Source: Bacteroidales bacterium (GTDB lineage: Bacteria; Bacteroidota; Bacteroidia; Bacteroidales; UBA12077). Taken from it: a DNA stretch of 64,000 nucleotides. Location of the stretch: positions 32,001-96,000 of the forward strand of contig JANQHR010000047.1 in assembly GCA_028282585.1 (NCBI GenBank). The letters run 5' to 3'. A program made the translations under genes and the position numbers. Positions within the stretch are counted from its first letter, which is position 1. Every line of letters begins with the position of its first letter. The notes below the pieces were generated by a model. The model was not told the origin of the DNA and did no database searches. It saw nothing but the letters and a program-made list of their open reading frames with translations. This document shows, one piece after another, positions 9,435 through 16,166 of the stretch.

Positions 9435-10058
9435 ATGAAACAACAAATAAGCTCAATTCTGGAGGTTCTTAAACTTGCAGAGAAGCTTAAATTTGAGCTT
9501 CGGCACAGTTTTACATCAAACGGAAGACAGGAAAGTGTAGCTGAACATACTTGGAGAATGTCGTTAATGGCTGTTTTAATTGAACCCTTGTTGAAGAAAA
9601 AAGTGGATATGACCAGGCTTTTAAAAATGATCATTATACATGATTTAGTCGAAGCTGAGGCAAAAGATATTTCTGCCCTGGATGTTTTAAGAAATCCTGA
9701 AATTAAACTGGAAAAAATAGAAAATGAAAAACAGGCCATTGAAAACTTGCGTTCAATGTTACAATCCACAAATGGACAGGAAATCTATGATTTGTTTTAT
9801 GAGTTTGAGAATAAGAAAACATACGAATCCAAAGTAGCAAATGCTTTGGATAAGCTGGAAGTGCAACTTCAACATAATCATGCCGATTTTTCAACCTGGG
9901 AAGAAATTGAGTATGAAATGACCTATATGATGGATAAACATGTAGAGTTTGACTCGACACTATTTGAACTGAAAACTCAAATTGAAAATGAGGCAACAGG
10001 GAAAATGCAATCAAATGGGGTTGATACAGATCTTATTAAGAGAAAAGTCAAAAAATAA
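9435..10058 (+). CDS. HD-domain phosphohydrolase (YfbR/HDDC2-like)
   Basis: ESVAEHTWRM, IIHDLVEA and ALDKLE motifs. Confidence 0.9.
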   Translation: MKQQISSILEVLKLAEKLKFELRHSFTSNGRQESVAEHTWRMSLMAVLIEPLLKKKVDMTRLLKMIIIHDLVEAEAKDISALDVLRNPEIKLEKIENEKQAIENLRSMLQSTNGQEIYDLFYEFENKKTYESKVANALDKLEVQLQHNHADFSTWEEIEYEMTYMMDKHVEFDSTLFELKTQIENEATGKMQSNGVDTDLIKRKVKK

Positions 10059-10458
10059 GTAGAAGCTAATTCTAAAGCATAAGGTAAAAGGGTAGTTTTA
10101 CTGGTTTGACGACAACTAATAAAGTCTAGTAGATGTAATAAAGTCAAAATAAGTAGTAGTCGATTATTATACCATACACTAAAGAAATGCTAAAAATTGT
10201 CTTTTAAATTAACGTTATAATACTAATTACGTAATTTCTTCAAAAGACCAACTAATGCTTTTCTGTATTTTATTGATTTATTTAAAAATTACAGGTTAAA
10301 AATCAGCTTCGATAATTTCGATTTTCTAAGGCTTATTTGGATTTTTTATACACTTATTATTCTTATCCATACGATAAATAATTTAAAATATATGTTAGGA
10401 ATTTTTATATATATTTGCCAACCATTATTGATAAGTTATTTATTAACCTTAAACCCCA

Positions 10459-10746
10459 ATGATTATGAAAATCTTCGAAATTATCGAAAGGCTTGATCTT
10501 ATCTATAAATTAATTAAAGAACAGCAAACTGGAACAGCAAAAGAGTTTGCTCAAAAAGTAGGATTATCGCGAAGTCAGCTTTTTAACTACTTAGATTATT
10601 TAAAATCATTTGACATTGAAATAAAATACGATATTTTTTTAAACTCATATGTAATTGAAAGTAAAAAAGAGTTAAAAATTCAACAGCCCATTAGAGTTTT
10701 AAATGATTACGAACATACTAAAGTCGATGGGGAAGGAATTTTTTAA
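10459..10746 (+). CDS. Small HTH regulator (Bacteroidota TGT-x-x-EFA type), probable regulator of the peptide array
   Basis: ERLDLIYKLIKEQQTGTAKEFAQKVGLSRSQLFNYLDYLK; TATATTTG -7 element at 10410-10417. Confidence 0.8.
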   Translation: MIMKIFEIIERLDLIYKLIKEQQTGTAKEFAQKVGLSRSQLFNYLDYLKSFDIEIKYDIFLNSYVIESKKELKIQQPIRVLNDYEHTKVDGEGIF

Positions 10747-10847
10747 ATGATTTATTTCTAGTGTAAGTAGGGATCTTATTATAAAACATAAAAATTGAAG
10801 GGTCACCCTTTCAATATTTAGGGATTAACAGCCTAATGTTAATTCTT

Positions 10848-11088
10848 ATGAAAGTATTTGAAATTATGATTGATAAAAAGATATAGTTATGCTACTATAG
10901 CAGAAAAAATTGAAAATACAAATGAGTTTGCCAGGAGAGTAGGAATAATATCACGAGGTATTTTTTTTAATCATTTTGATTATTTAAAAGCATACGAAAT
11001 TGATACTAAGTTTGAAAAGAAGAAAAACTTTTTTGTAATTTCAAATTCTGTTGAAATAGGAGTTATAGAATCTATTCAGGTAATTTAA
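10848..11088 (+). pseudogene. Frameshifted paralogue of the upstream HTH regulator
   Basis: ATG 10848 gives MKVFEIM (cf. MKIFEII) then shifts frame into EFARRVGIISRGIFFNHFDYLKAYEID (cf. EFAQKVGLSRSQLFNYLDYLKSFDIE). Confidence 0.75.
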
Positions 11089-11116
11089 AATGTTAAATTT
11101 TTATAAAAAATTAAAG

Positions 11117-11258
11117 AGTCCAATTTTATTGGACTGGGTAGGTATTAAATTCGTTCACAGAACGGATGAAAACCATAAGGCGCCAAAGGTAAATATATCC
11201 GTTTTGGGCGGATACTGAAAAGCCTTAAAAGAGTAAGTATTAAACTTAAAAATAAAAA
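11117..11258 (+). repeat. Cassette leader repeat copy 1 (palindrome + promoter + 5' UTR)
   Basis: AGTCCAAT-TTT-ATTGGACT palindrome, TAAATTCG, then a conserved ~100-nt leader ending at the precursor ATG; near-identical copies at 13126 and 13826. Confidence 0.95.
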
Positions 11259-11426
11259 ATGGAAAATTTAGAAAATTACGGAGTTGAACTTCTTGACAAA
11301 CAAGGAGTAAAAGAAATTAATGGAGGTAAAGCTTGGCCTTGGTACGTTGCACTAGCGATTTGGATATACGATAATCGAAGTGATATTAAAGAGGGGTGGG
11401 ATTCATATGAACCAAAATATAGTTAG
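11259..11426 (+). CDS. Double-glycine precursor peptide 1 (class A core)
   Basis: MENLENYGVELLDKQGVKEINGG|KAWPWYVALAIWIYDNRSDIKEGWDSYEPKYS (55 aa, manual translation). Confidence 0.9.
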   Translation: MENLENYGVELLDKQGVKEINGGKAWPWYVALAIWIYDNRSDIKEGWDSYEPKYS

Positions 11427-11451
11427 AAATTACTAAAGTAGAAAAGTAGTT

Positions 11452-11616
11452 ATGGAAAATCAAGAAATAAAGTTTATGGAGCTTTCCAATTTGGAAAGAG
11501 AGCAAATTAACGGTGGTGGTGATATTGCAAGGGATCTTGGTTACGCTCTTCATTGGGCATGGGATCATTGGGTACATTTCGCTGCTGATATTTTACCAAA
11601 TACTCGTATGCCATAA
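11452..11616 (+). CDS. Double-glycine precursor peptide 2 (class B core)
   Basis: MENQEIKFMELSNLEREQINGG|GDIARDLGYALHWAWDHWVHFAADILPNTRMP (54 aa). Confidence 0.9.
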   Translation: MENQEIKFMELSNLEREQINGGGDIARDLGYALHWAWDHWVHFAADILPNTRMP

Positions 11617-11633
11617 TATTGTAGTTAAGAATA

Positions 11634-11667
11634 ATCATATCACTTTATAACTATAAAGTGATATGAT
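11634..11667 (+). other. 16-bp perfect inverted repeat between precursors and the immunity-like gene
   Basis: ATCATATCACTTTATA-AC-TATAAAGTGATATGAT. Confidence 0.85.
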
Positions 11668-11688
11668 GTTATTTTATAAATAAAAAAT

Positions 11689-12033
11689 ATGAAAGAAAAA
11701 GTTCTAAAAAAAATAATGCCTTATGGCTATAAAGTGATCGAACATGATGATACAGTATTAATAAAGAGCTATTTTGGTAATTTAAAAATAAGTTACAATA
11801 ATAAATCTTATAGTATAACGAAAAAATTTAATTTTAGTAATTATTCTTTATTGGCTTTTTTAATTTTCTTTTTTATAGTCGTTTATGAGGGTAGACATGA
11901 TATAGATGTAATTATATATGTTATAATTTCCTTAGCTATTATTATGCAAATCTTTTATAATTCAATAATGCTTGAAATAAGAAAAAATAAATTACATTCA
12001 GTTTTAGATGAAATTTTTAATTCTTATGAATAA
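11689..12033 (+). CDS. Small membrane protein, putative immunity protein
   Basis: 114 aa, two C-terminal TM helices, directly after the precursor pair; function inferred from context. Confidence 0.65.
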   Translation: MKEKVLKKIMPYGYKVIEHDDTVLIKSYFGNLKISYNNKSYSITKKFNFSNYSLLAFLIFFFIVVYEGRHDIDVIIYVIISLAIIMQIFYNSIMLEIRKNKLHSVLDEIFNSYE

Positions 12034-12110
12034 CTATTTCTGGTGAAGGATTTTTAATACTAAGGCGAATTTTTTATTTATTACCAAATAATTGATCAAT
12101 AATTTTTTTT

Positions 12111-12272
12111 ATGATTTTAGAAGATTTAAGTTTTATCAGAACTGAAAAGATCAGACACTATTAATAAAAATGGTGGAGAAAAAGAACGGTTACTTCTGTT
12201 TGGAGCTTTTGGAATTGGTGTTTGGTAGGTTATAATAAATATGAACCGGAGCAGACAAATAAAGATCAGTAG
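12111..12272 (+). pseudogene. Frameshifted double-glycine precursor
   Basis: Removing one T in AGTTTTATCA gives MILEDLSLSELKRSDTINKNGG|EKERLLLFGAFGIGVW*; a second shift continues GYNKYEPEQTNKDQ*. Confidence 0.7.
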
Positions 12273-12291
12273 TCATTTTGGAGAAAATTAA

Positions 12292-12323
12292 GTATGGTCA
12301 TTATTAGCTAATATTGACCATAC
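12292..12323 (+). other. Near-perfect inverted repeat after the pseudo-precursor
   Basis: GTATGGTCATTATTAG/CTAATATTGACCATAC (1 mismatch). Confidence 0.8.
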
Positions 12324-12350
12324 CATAAATTATTAAATTATTAAATTCGA

Positions 12351-12710
12351 ATGGAGAAAATGGATTTAGTTTTAAATAACGGGCTGATTATTATAGGCTT
12401 ATTGTTGTCTTATTCTATTATGTCACAGGTTTTTTTAAAAAAAGAATTAGGAGGTCAAATAAGGACTAAACTAAAAGAAAATATTTTATTAATCGGATTT
12501 ACATTATATATATTCATTGGAATGTTTTTTGGTTTAGGAATCTTATTTAGTATTGGAATTTCAATAACTGTATTTGGTATTTTAAAGCTTATTCCTAATA
12601 AAATATGGGTAGAGCAGTATTTCCAAGGTTTATATATTACATTACAAGTCGCCTATATTTCAACCATAATAGTATTGTTAATATATTTTATTTTTAAGCT
12701 CATAGTTTAA
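12351..12710 (+). CDS. Small multi-TM protein, putative immunity protein
   Basis: 119 aa, ~4 hydrophobic helices, same position as the other cassette membrane genes. Confidence 0.65.
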   Translation: MEKMDLVLNNGLIIIGLLLSYSIMSQVFLKKELGGQIRTKLKENILLIGFTLYIFIGMFFGLGILFSIGISITVFGILKLIPNKIWVEQYFQGLYITLQVAYISTIIVLLIYFIFKLIV

Positions 12711-12898
12711 GCTAGTACAGATAAGGTAATTATTACCCATAATTTGACCTGTAATTCATAGCAAGGTTTATGAGGTTAATAACTTTTACTACAAAAAATT
12801 ACTTTATGTTGTTGATATTGAAATATTTAAAAATAAGATGAAAATGTGACTTATGTGTTCGAAGTTGAAAAATGTACCGATTTATATGTATAATTCAT

Positions 12899-13022
12899 AT
12901 AAATAAAACATTATATTCTATAAGAATTAAGCAAAACACAATTGAATATTCTTTACCAATATAATACAACCAAAAATCATGTATTATTTATTATAGTTGC
13001 TATAGCATTTGTTTGTATTTAA
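12899..13022 (+). pseudogene. Decayed hlyD 5'-end relic 1
   Basis: INKTLYSIRIKQNTIEYSLP/(fs)NTTKNHVLFIIVAIAFVCI aligns with HlyD MNKKVYPTDIVESTVEYHLTQNSTKSQVIYITVILAFIVAI. Confidence 0.6.
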
Positions 13023-13125
13023 GTTTCCGAAAGAATAGTGAATACTTTTAAGATTATTTAAAACATTTATTAGTCATAAGCATATTAATAATTCAAAATG
13101 GTTAAATCATCATGCAAAATGGAAG

Positions 13126-13268
13126 AGTCCAATTTTATTGGACAGGGTGCGTATTAAATTCGTTCACAGAACGGATAAAAATCATAAGGCGCCATAGGTA
13201 AATAAATCCTTTTTAGTCGGATACTGAAAAGCCTTAAAAGAGTAAGTATTGAATTTAAAAATGATAAA
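13126..13268 (+). repeat. Cassette leader repeat copy 2
   Basis: AGTCCAATTTTATTGGACAGGGTG...CATAAGGCGCCA...CGGATACTGAAAAGCCTTAAAAGAGTAAGTATT, ending at the precursor ATG. Confidence 0.95.
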
Positions 13269-13421
13269 ATGGAAACAAAGGTTAAAGAACTTTCAGAACA
13301 TGAAATTATAAATATTAATGGTGGTGATGGTTTTGCTGAAGATGTTGGAGAAATTATAGGTTTTAGTATTAAATTTAATTATAATGTTTTGAAATGGGTT
13401 TATGACTCTATAATAGGATAA
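13269..13421 (+). CDS. Double-glycine precursor peptide 3 (class B core)
   Basis: METKVKELSEHEIININGG|DGFAEDVGEIIGFSIKFNYNVLKWVYDSIIG (50 aa). Confidence 0.9.
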   Translation: METKVKELSEHEIININGGDGFAEDVGEIIGFSIKFNYNVLKWVYDSIIG

Positions 13422-13444
13422 AAGCACTTAATGATTTTTTACGT

Positions 13445-13487
13445 AATACAAGCTTAGGTTTTATTACTAAAAATCTAGGTTTGTATT
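13445..13487 (+). other. 18-bp RNA hairpin after precursor 3
   Basis: AATACAAGCTTAGGTTTT...AAAATCTAGGTTTGTATT; all three non-Watson-Crick pairs are G.U on the + strand. Confidence 0.8.
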
Positions 13488-13516
13488 TTTATAAACTTTT
13501 AATAGATAAAAAAACT

Positions 13517-13633
13517 ATGAAGATTTTTAAGCGGAAAAGAGATTTTATAGTCTTGGTTATAAGCATTATTGTTTCTTTAATAATATTTAAAAATTGGGAG
13601 TTAATAAAGGAATTCTTGAGTTCGTTATTTTAA
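13517..13633 (+). CDS. 38-aa single-TM microprotein, putative immunity peptide
   Basis: MKIFKRKRDFIVLVISIIVSLIIFKNWELIKEFLSSLF; A-rich initiation region; immunity slot of the cassette. Confidence 0.65.
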   Translation: MKIFKRKRDFIVLVISIIVSLIIFKNWELIKEFLSSLF

Positions 13634-13660
13634 AGATTTCTTAACGGGTAGGATTAGGTT

Positions 13661-13762
13661 ATGGTAGAAAAATACCCGGCAAATATTGTTGGAAGTACTG
13701 CCACATATCATTTATTTAAAAACTCAATCAAAAGACAGGTAATATATAATGCAGTGGTGTAA
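13661..13762 (+). pseudogene. hlyD 5'-end relic 2
   Basis: MVEKYPANIVGSTATYHLFKNSIKRQVIYNAVV* vs HlyD MNKKVYPTDIVESTVEYHLTQNSTKSQVIYITVI. Confidence 0.8.
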
Positions 13763-13825
13763 AATTTATTATTACTTTGGTTAAGATGCTACTCGTTTTC
13801 TGCATTTTTTAAAAAAAAGGGTGAA

Positions 13826-13967
13826 AGTCCAATTTTATTGGACAGGGTGCTTATTAATTTCGTTCACGAACGGATAAAAACCATAAGGCGCCAAAGGTAA
13901 ATATATCCGTTTTGGGCGGATACTGAAAAGCCTTAAAAGAGTAGGTATTAAACTTAAAAATTATAAA
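13826..13967 (+). repeat. Cassette leader repeat copy 3
   Basis: Closely matches copy 1 (few substitutions, 1-nt indels) and ends at the precursor ATG. Confidence 0.95.
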
Positions 13968-14141
13968 ATGGAAAATTTAGAAAATTATGGAGTAGTTTCT
14001 TTGGACACGAAAGAAATGCAAGAAACTGAAGGAGGCAACCCTTGGGCAATATTTGCTGCTGGACTTGTTTTAGGTGCTATCATTAGTGATTGGGCAGGCT
14101 TTAAAAATGGAATAATGGATGGAATTGCTGATAATCAATAA
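13968..14141 (+). CDS. Double-glycine precursor peptide 4 (class A core)
   Basis: MENLENYGVVSLDTKEMQETEGG|NPWAIFAAGLVLGAIISDWAGFKNGIMDGIADNQ (57 aa). Confidence 0.92.
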   Translation: MENLENYGVVSLDTKEMQETEGGNPWAIFAAGLVLGAIISDWAGFKNGIMDGIADNQ

Positions 14142-14152
14142 GAATTAATAAT

Positions 14153-14308
14153 ATGGAAAATTTAGAATTATTAAGAATAGAAGAATTAAGTAATATTAAT
14201 GGAGGTGAACCAACAAGAGATACATCGTTTGGATATGATGTAGGTTATGCTATTGGAACAATGCTTACTGCCAAATTTTGGGAAGATTGGTCAATTAGTA
14301 TACTTTAA
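14153..14308 (+). CDS. Double-glycine precursor peptide 5 (class B core)
   Basis: MENLELLRIEELSNINGG|EPTRDTSFGYDVGYAIGTMLTAKFWEDWSISIL (51 aa). Confidence 0.92.
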   Translation: MENLELLRIEELSNINGGEPTRDTSFGYDVGYAIGTMLTAKFWEDWSISIL

Positions 14309-14325
14309 ATAAATTTGTATTACTA

Positions 14326-14363
14326 TTATGTTCCGTAATTTGTTTTATAATTGCGGAACATAA
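14326..14363 (+). other. 15-bp RNA hairpin after precursors 4/5
   Basis: TTATGTTCCGTAATT...AATTGCGGAACATAA with a single U.G pair. Confidence 0.8.
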
Positions 14364-14374
14364 ATTACTAATTA

Positions 14375-14593
14375 ATGAAATCAAATATGAAATCAATTCT
14401 ATTAAAATACATAGTTATAATTATAGCAATGTATTTCTTTCATTTAATTATTGCTAATTGGGCTTTTATAAAATCTTTGATTGAAGGCTTTCATCAAAAA
14501 AAGTTTATTTTTCTAGACCTTAAGTTGTTTATTGTAAATTTTTTTGTTGTATTAGCCTTTCTTGTTCTTGACTTATATAAAAAGATCTTTTAA
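14375..14593 (+). CDS. Small 2-TM protein, putative immunity protein
   Basis: 72 aa, hydrophobic, LIIANWAFIKSL; immunity slot of the cassette. Confidence 0.65.
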   Translation: MKSNMKSILLKYIVIIIAMYFFHLIIANWAFIKSLIEGFHQKKFIFLDLKLFIVNFFVVLAFLVLDLYKKIF

Positions 14594-14612
14594 TATAAAT
14601 AGGGGAAATTGT

Positions 14613-14730
14613 TTATATCTTGCGGCTATTAATGAAAGCACGGCTAAATACCATTTAGCAAAAAACTCAACAAAAAGTCAAATTATTTAAAAAGCCGTAA
14701 TTCTGCCTTTTATTTATTATAATTACGTTA
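14613..14730 (+). pseudogene. hlyD 5'-end relic 3
   Basis: LYLAAINESTAKYHLAKNSTKSQII*KAVILPFI vs HlyD VYPTDIVESTVEYHLTQNSTKSQVIYITVILAFI. Confidence 0.8.
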
Positions 14731-14993
14731 GTTAACTTGATCAATTTGGTAAGGCGTTTGAAAAATTATCTAAATGAACAGCCTTAATCTGTTATCTGTT
14801 CATTGAATTTTCCAAAAAATATAACAAATTACTATTATGATCCTAATATTATGGAAATGGTAAAATTGTATAAAAGTTTATGTATTACTTTAAAAAAGTA
14901 GATATAAAAGATGAAATTTTAAAATTAAGCCTGTTGAAATTAGGGCAAATTTAGATGATAATGAAGAGTTTTATGAATATTTAACTTATCCAC

Positions 14994-16151
14994 ATGAATA
15001 AAAAAGTATATCCAACAGATATAGTTGAAAGCACAGTCGAATACCATCTAACGCAAAACTCGACCAAAAGCCAGGTAATATATATTACAGTAATTTTAGC
15101 ATTTATTGTTGCCATAGCCTTGTTACCATTTGTTTATATAAATATAACAGTACAAGGAGGTGGTATTGTAAGACCGGTTACAGAAAAAACAGAGGTAAAA
15201 GCATTGGTTTCAGGTAGAGTTGCAAATGTTTTTATAGAGAATGAGCAACAAGTTTTAGAGGGAGATACTGTGTTAATTGTTCAAAGCGATAAATTAAGTA
15301 GTCAGCATAATTTACTTCAAAAACAAATAAAAGAAAAAAGGGATTTTATAAGCGATTTAGAAAAATTGGTAATTCTTAAAGCTTCAACCTTTAATTCAGA
15401 TAAATACCAGGGAGAGTATTTTAAATTCAAAGAACAGATTACACAAGTAAAAAATAAACGAAAAAAAGCAAAAAGAGAACTTGACAGAAACAAAGTTTTA
15501 CTTGAACAAGAGTTTATAAGCAAAAAAGAATACGACGATTTAAATTATCAATACCTATTAGCAGACAATGAATACAATTTGACCGTTACCAATCAGTTAA
15601 GTGTTTGGAAGTCAGATTTAAGTCGTTGCAGGTCAACTATGGAAGACCTAAAATCACAGTTAGAACAACTACAAAAAGAACAAGAGTTTTATGTAATAAA
15701 AGCACCGGTAACCGGTACCATTGAGCAATTTGCAGGGATTTATGAAGGAACCAATATTCAGTCGGGTCAAATTATTGCAGGAATAAGCCCGGAAACCGAT
15801 TTAATTGCAGAAGTTTACATATCACCTAAAGATATCGGTTACCTTAAAGAAGGAACTCCCTTAAATATTCAGGTTGATGCATTTAATTACAACGACTGGG
15901 GAATGATCAAAGGTGAGATTATTAATATTTCAGATGACTATATTTTGCTAGAAAATCAACCGGTGTTTAAAATCCGTTGTAAAATGGAGCAAAATCAACT
16001 TAGCCTGAGAAATGGGATAACAGGAGACGTAAAAAAAGGCATGACTATTAGAGCAAGGTTTTTGTTGGCAAAAAGGTCCTTATACCAGCTATTGTTTGAT
16101 AATGTAAATGACTGGTTAAATCCTGCCCAAAACAACAATTCCAAGAAGTAA
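14994..16151 (+). CDS. HlyD-family membrane fusion protein (peptide export)
   Basis: N-terminal TM, lipoyl-like halves (VLEGDTV, IKAPVTGTI), coiled coil, VDAFNYNDWGMIKG. Confidence 0.93.
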   Translation: MNKKVYPTDIVESTVEYHLTQNSTKSQVIYITVILAFIVAIALLPFVYINITVQGGGIVRPVTEKTEVKALVSGRVANVFIENEQQVLEGDTVLIVQSDKLSSQHNLLQKQIKEKRDFISDLEKLVILKASTFNSDKYQGEYFKFKEQITQVKNKRKKAKRELDRNKVLLEQEFISKKEYDDLNYQYLLADNEYNLTVTNQLSVWKSDLSRCRSTMEDLKSQLEQLQKEQEFYVIKAPVTGTIEQFAGIYEGTNIQSGQIIAGISPETDLIAEVYISPKDIGYLKEGTPLNIQVDAFNYNDWGMIKGEIINISDDYILLENQPVFKIRCKMEQNQLSLRNGITGDVKKGMTIRARFLLAKRSLYQLLFDNVNDWLNPAQNNNSKK

Positions 16152-16166
16152 TCAACAGATATCAGA

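Noticed and set aside
10870-11088. 72-aa ORF as an intact gene
   Set aside because: It is the out-of-frame remainder of an HTH paralogue whose true start is ATG 10848
11160-11241. Leader as a known riboswitch or ribozyme (c-di-GMP-I, SAM-II, fluoride, hammerhead, twister)
   Set aside because: The conserved core nucleotides of these classes could not be matched by eye
11386-11577. 63-aa minus-strand ORF in the track
   Set aside because: Antisense shadow of the two + strand GG precursors, which have clear leader motifs
11117-13967. Repeated elements as a CRISPR array or integron attC sites
   Set aside because: Repeats are ~142 nt, irregularly spaced (about 2.0 and 0.7 kb) and end at start codons; no cas or integrase gene is in the window
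11259-14308. Precursors as lanthipeptides or other modified RiPPs
   Set aside because: Cores have no Cys and no LanB/C/M, radical SAM, YcaO or ATP-grasp gene lies in the locus
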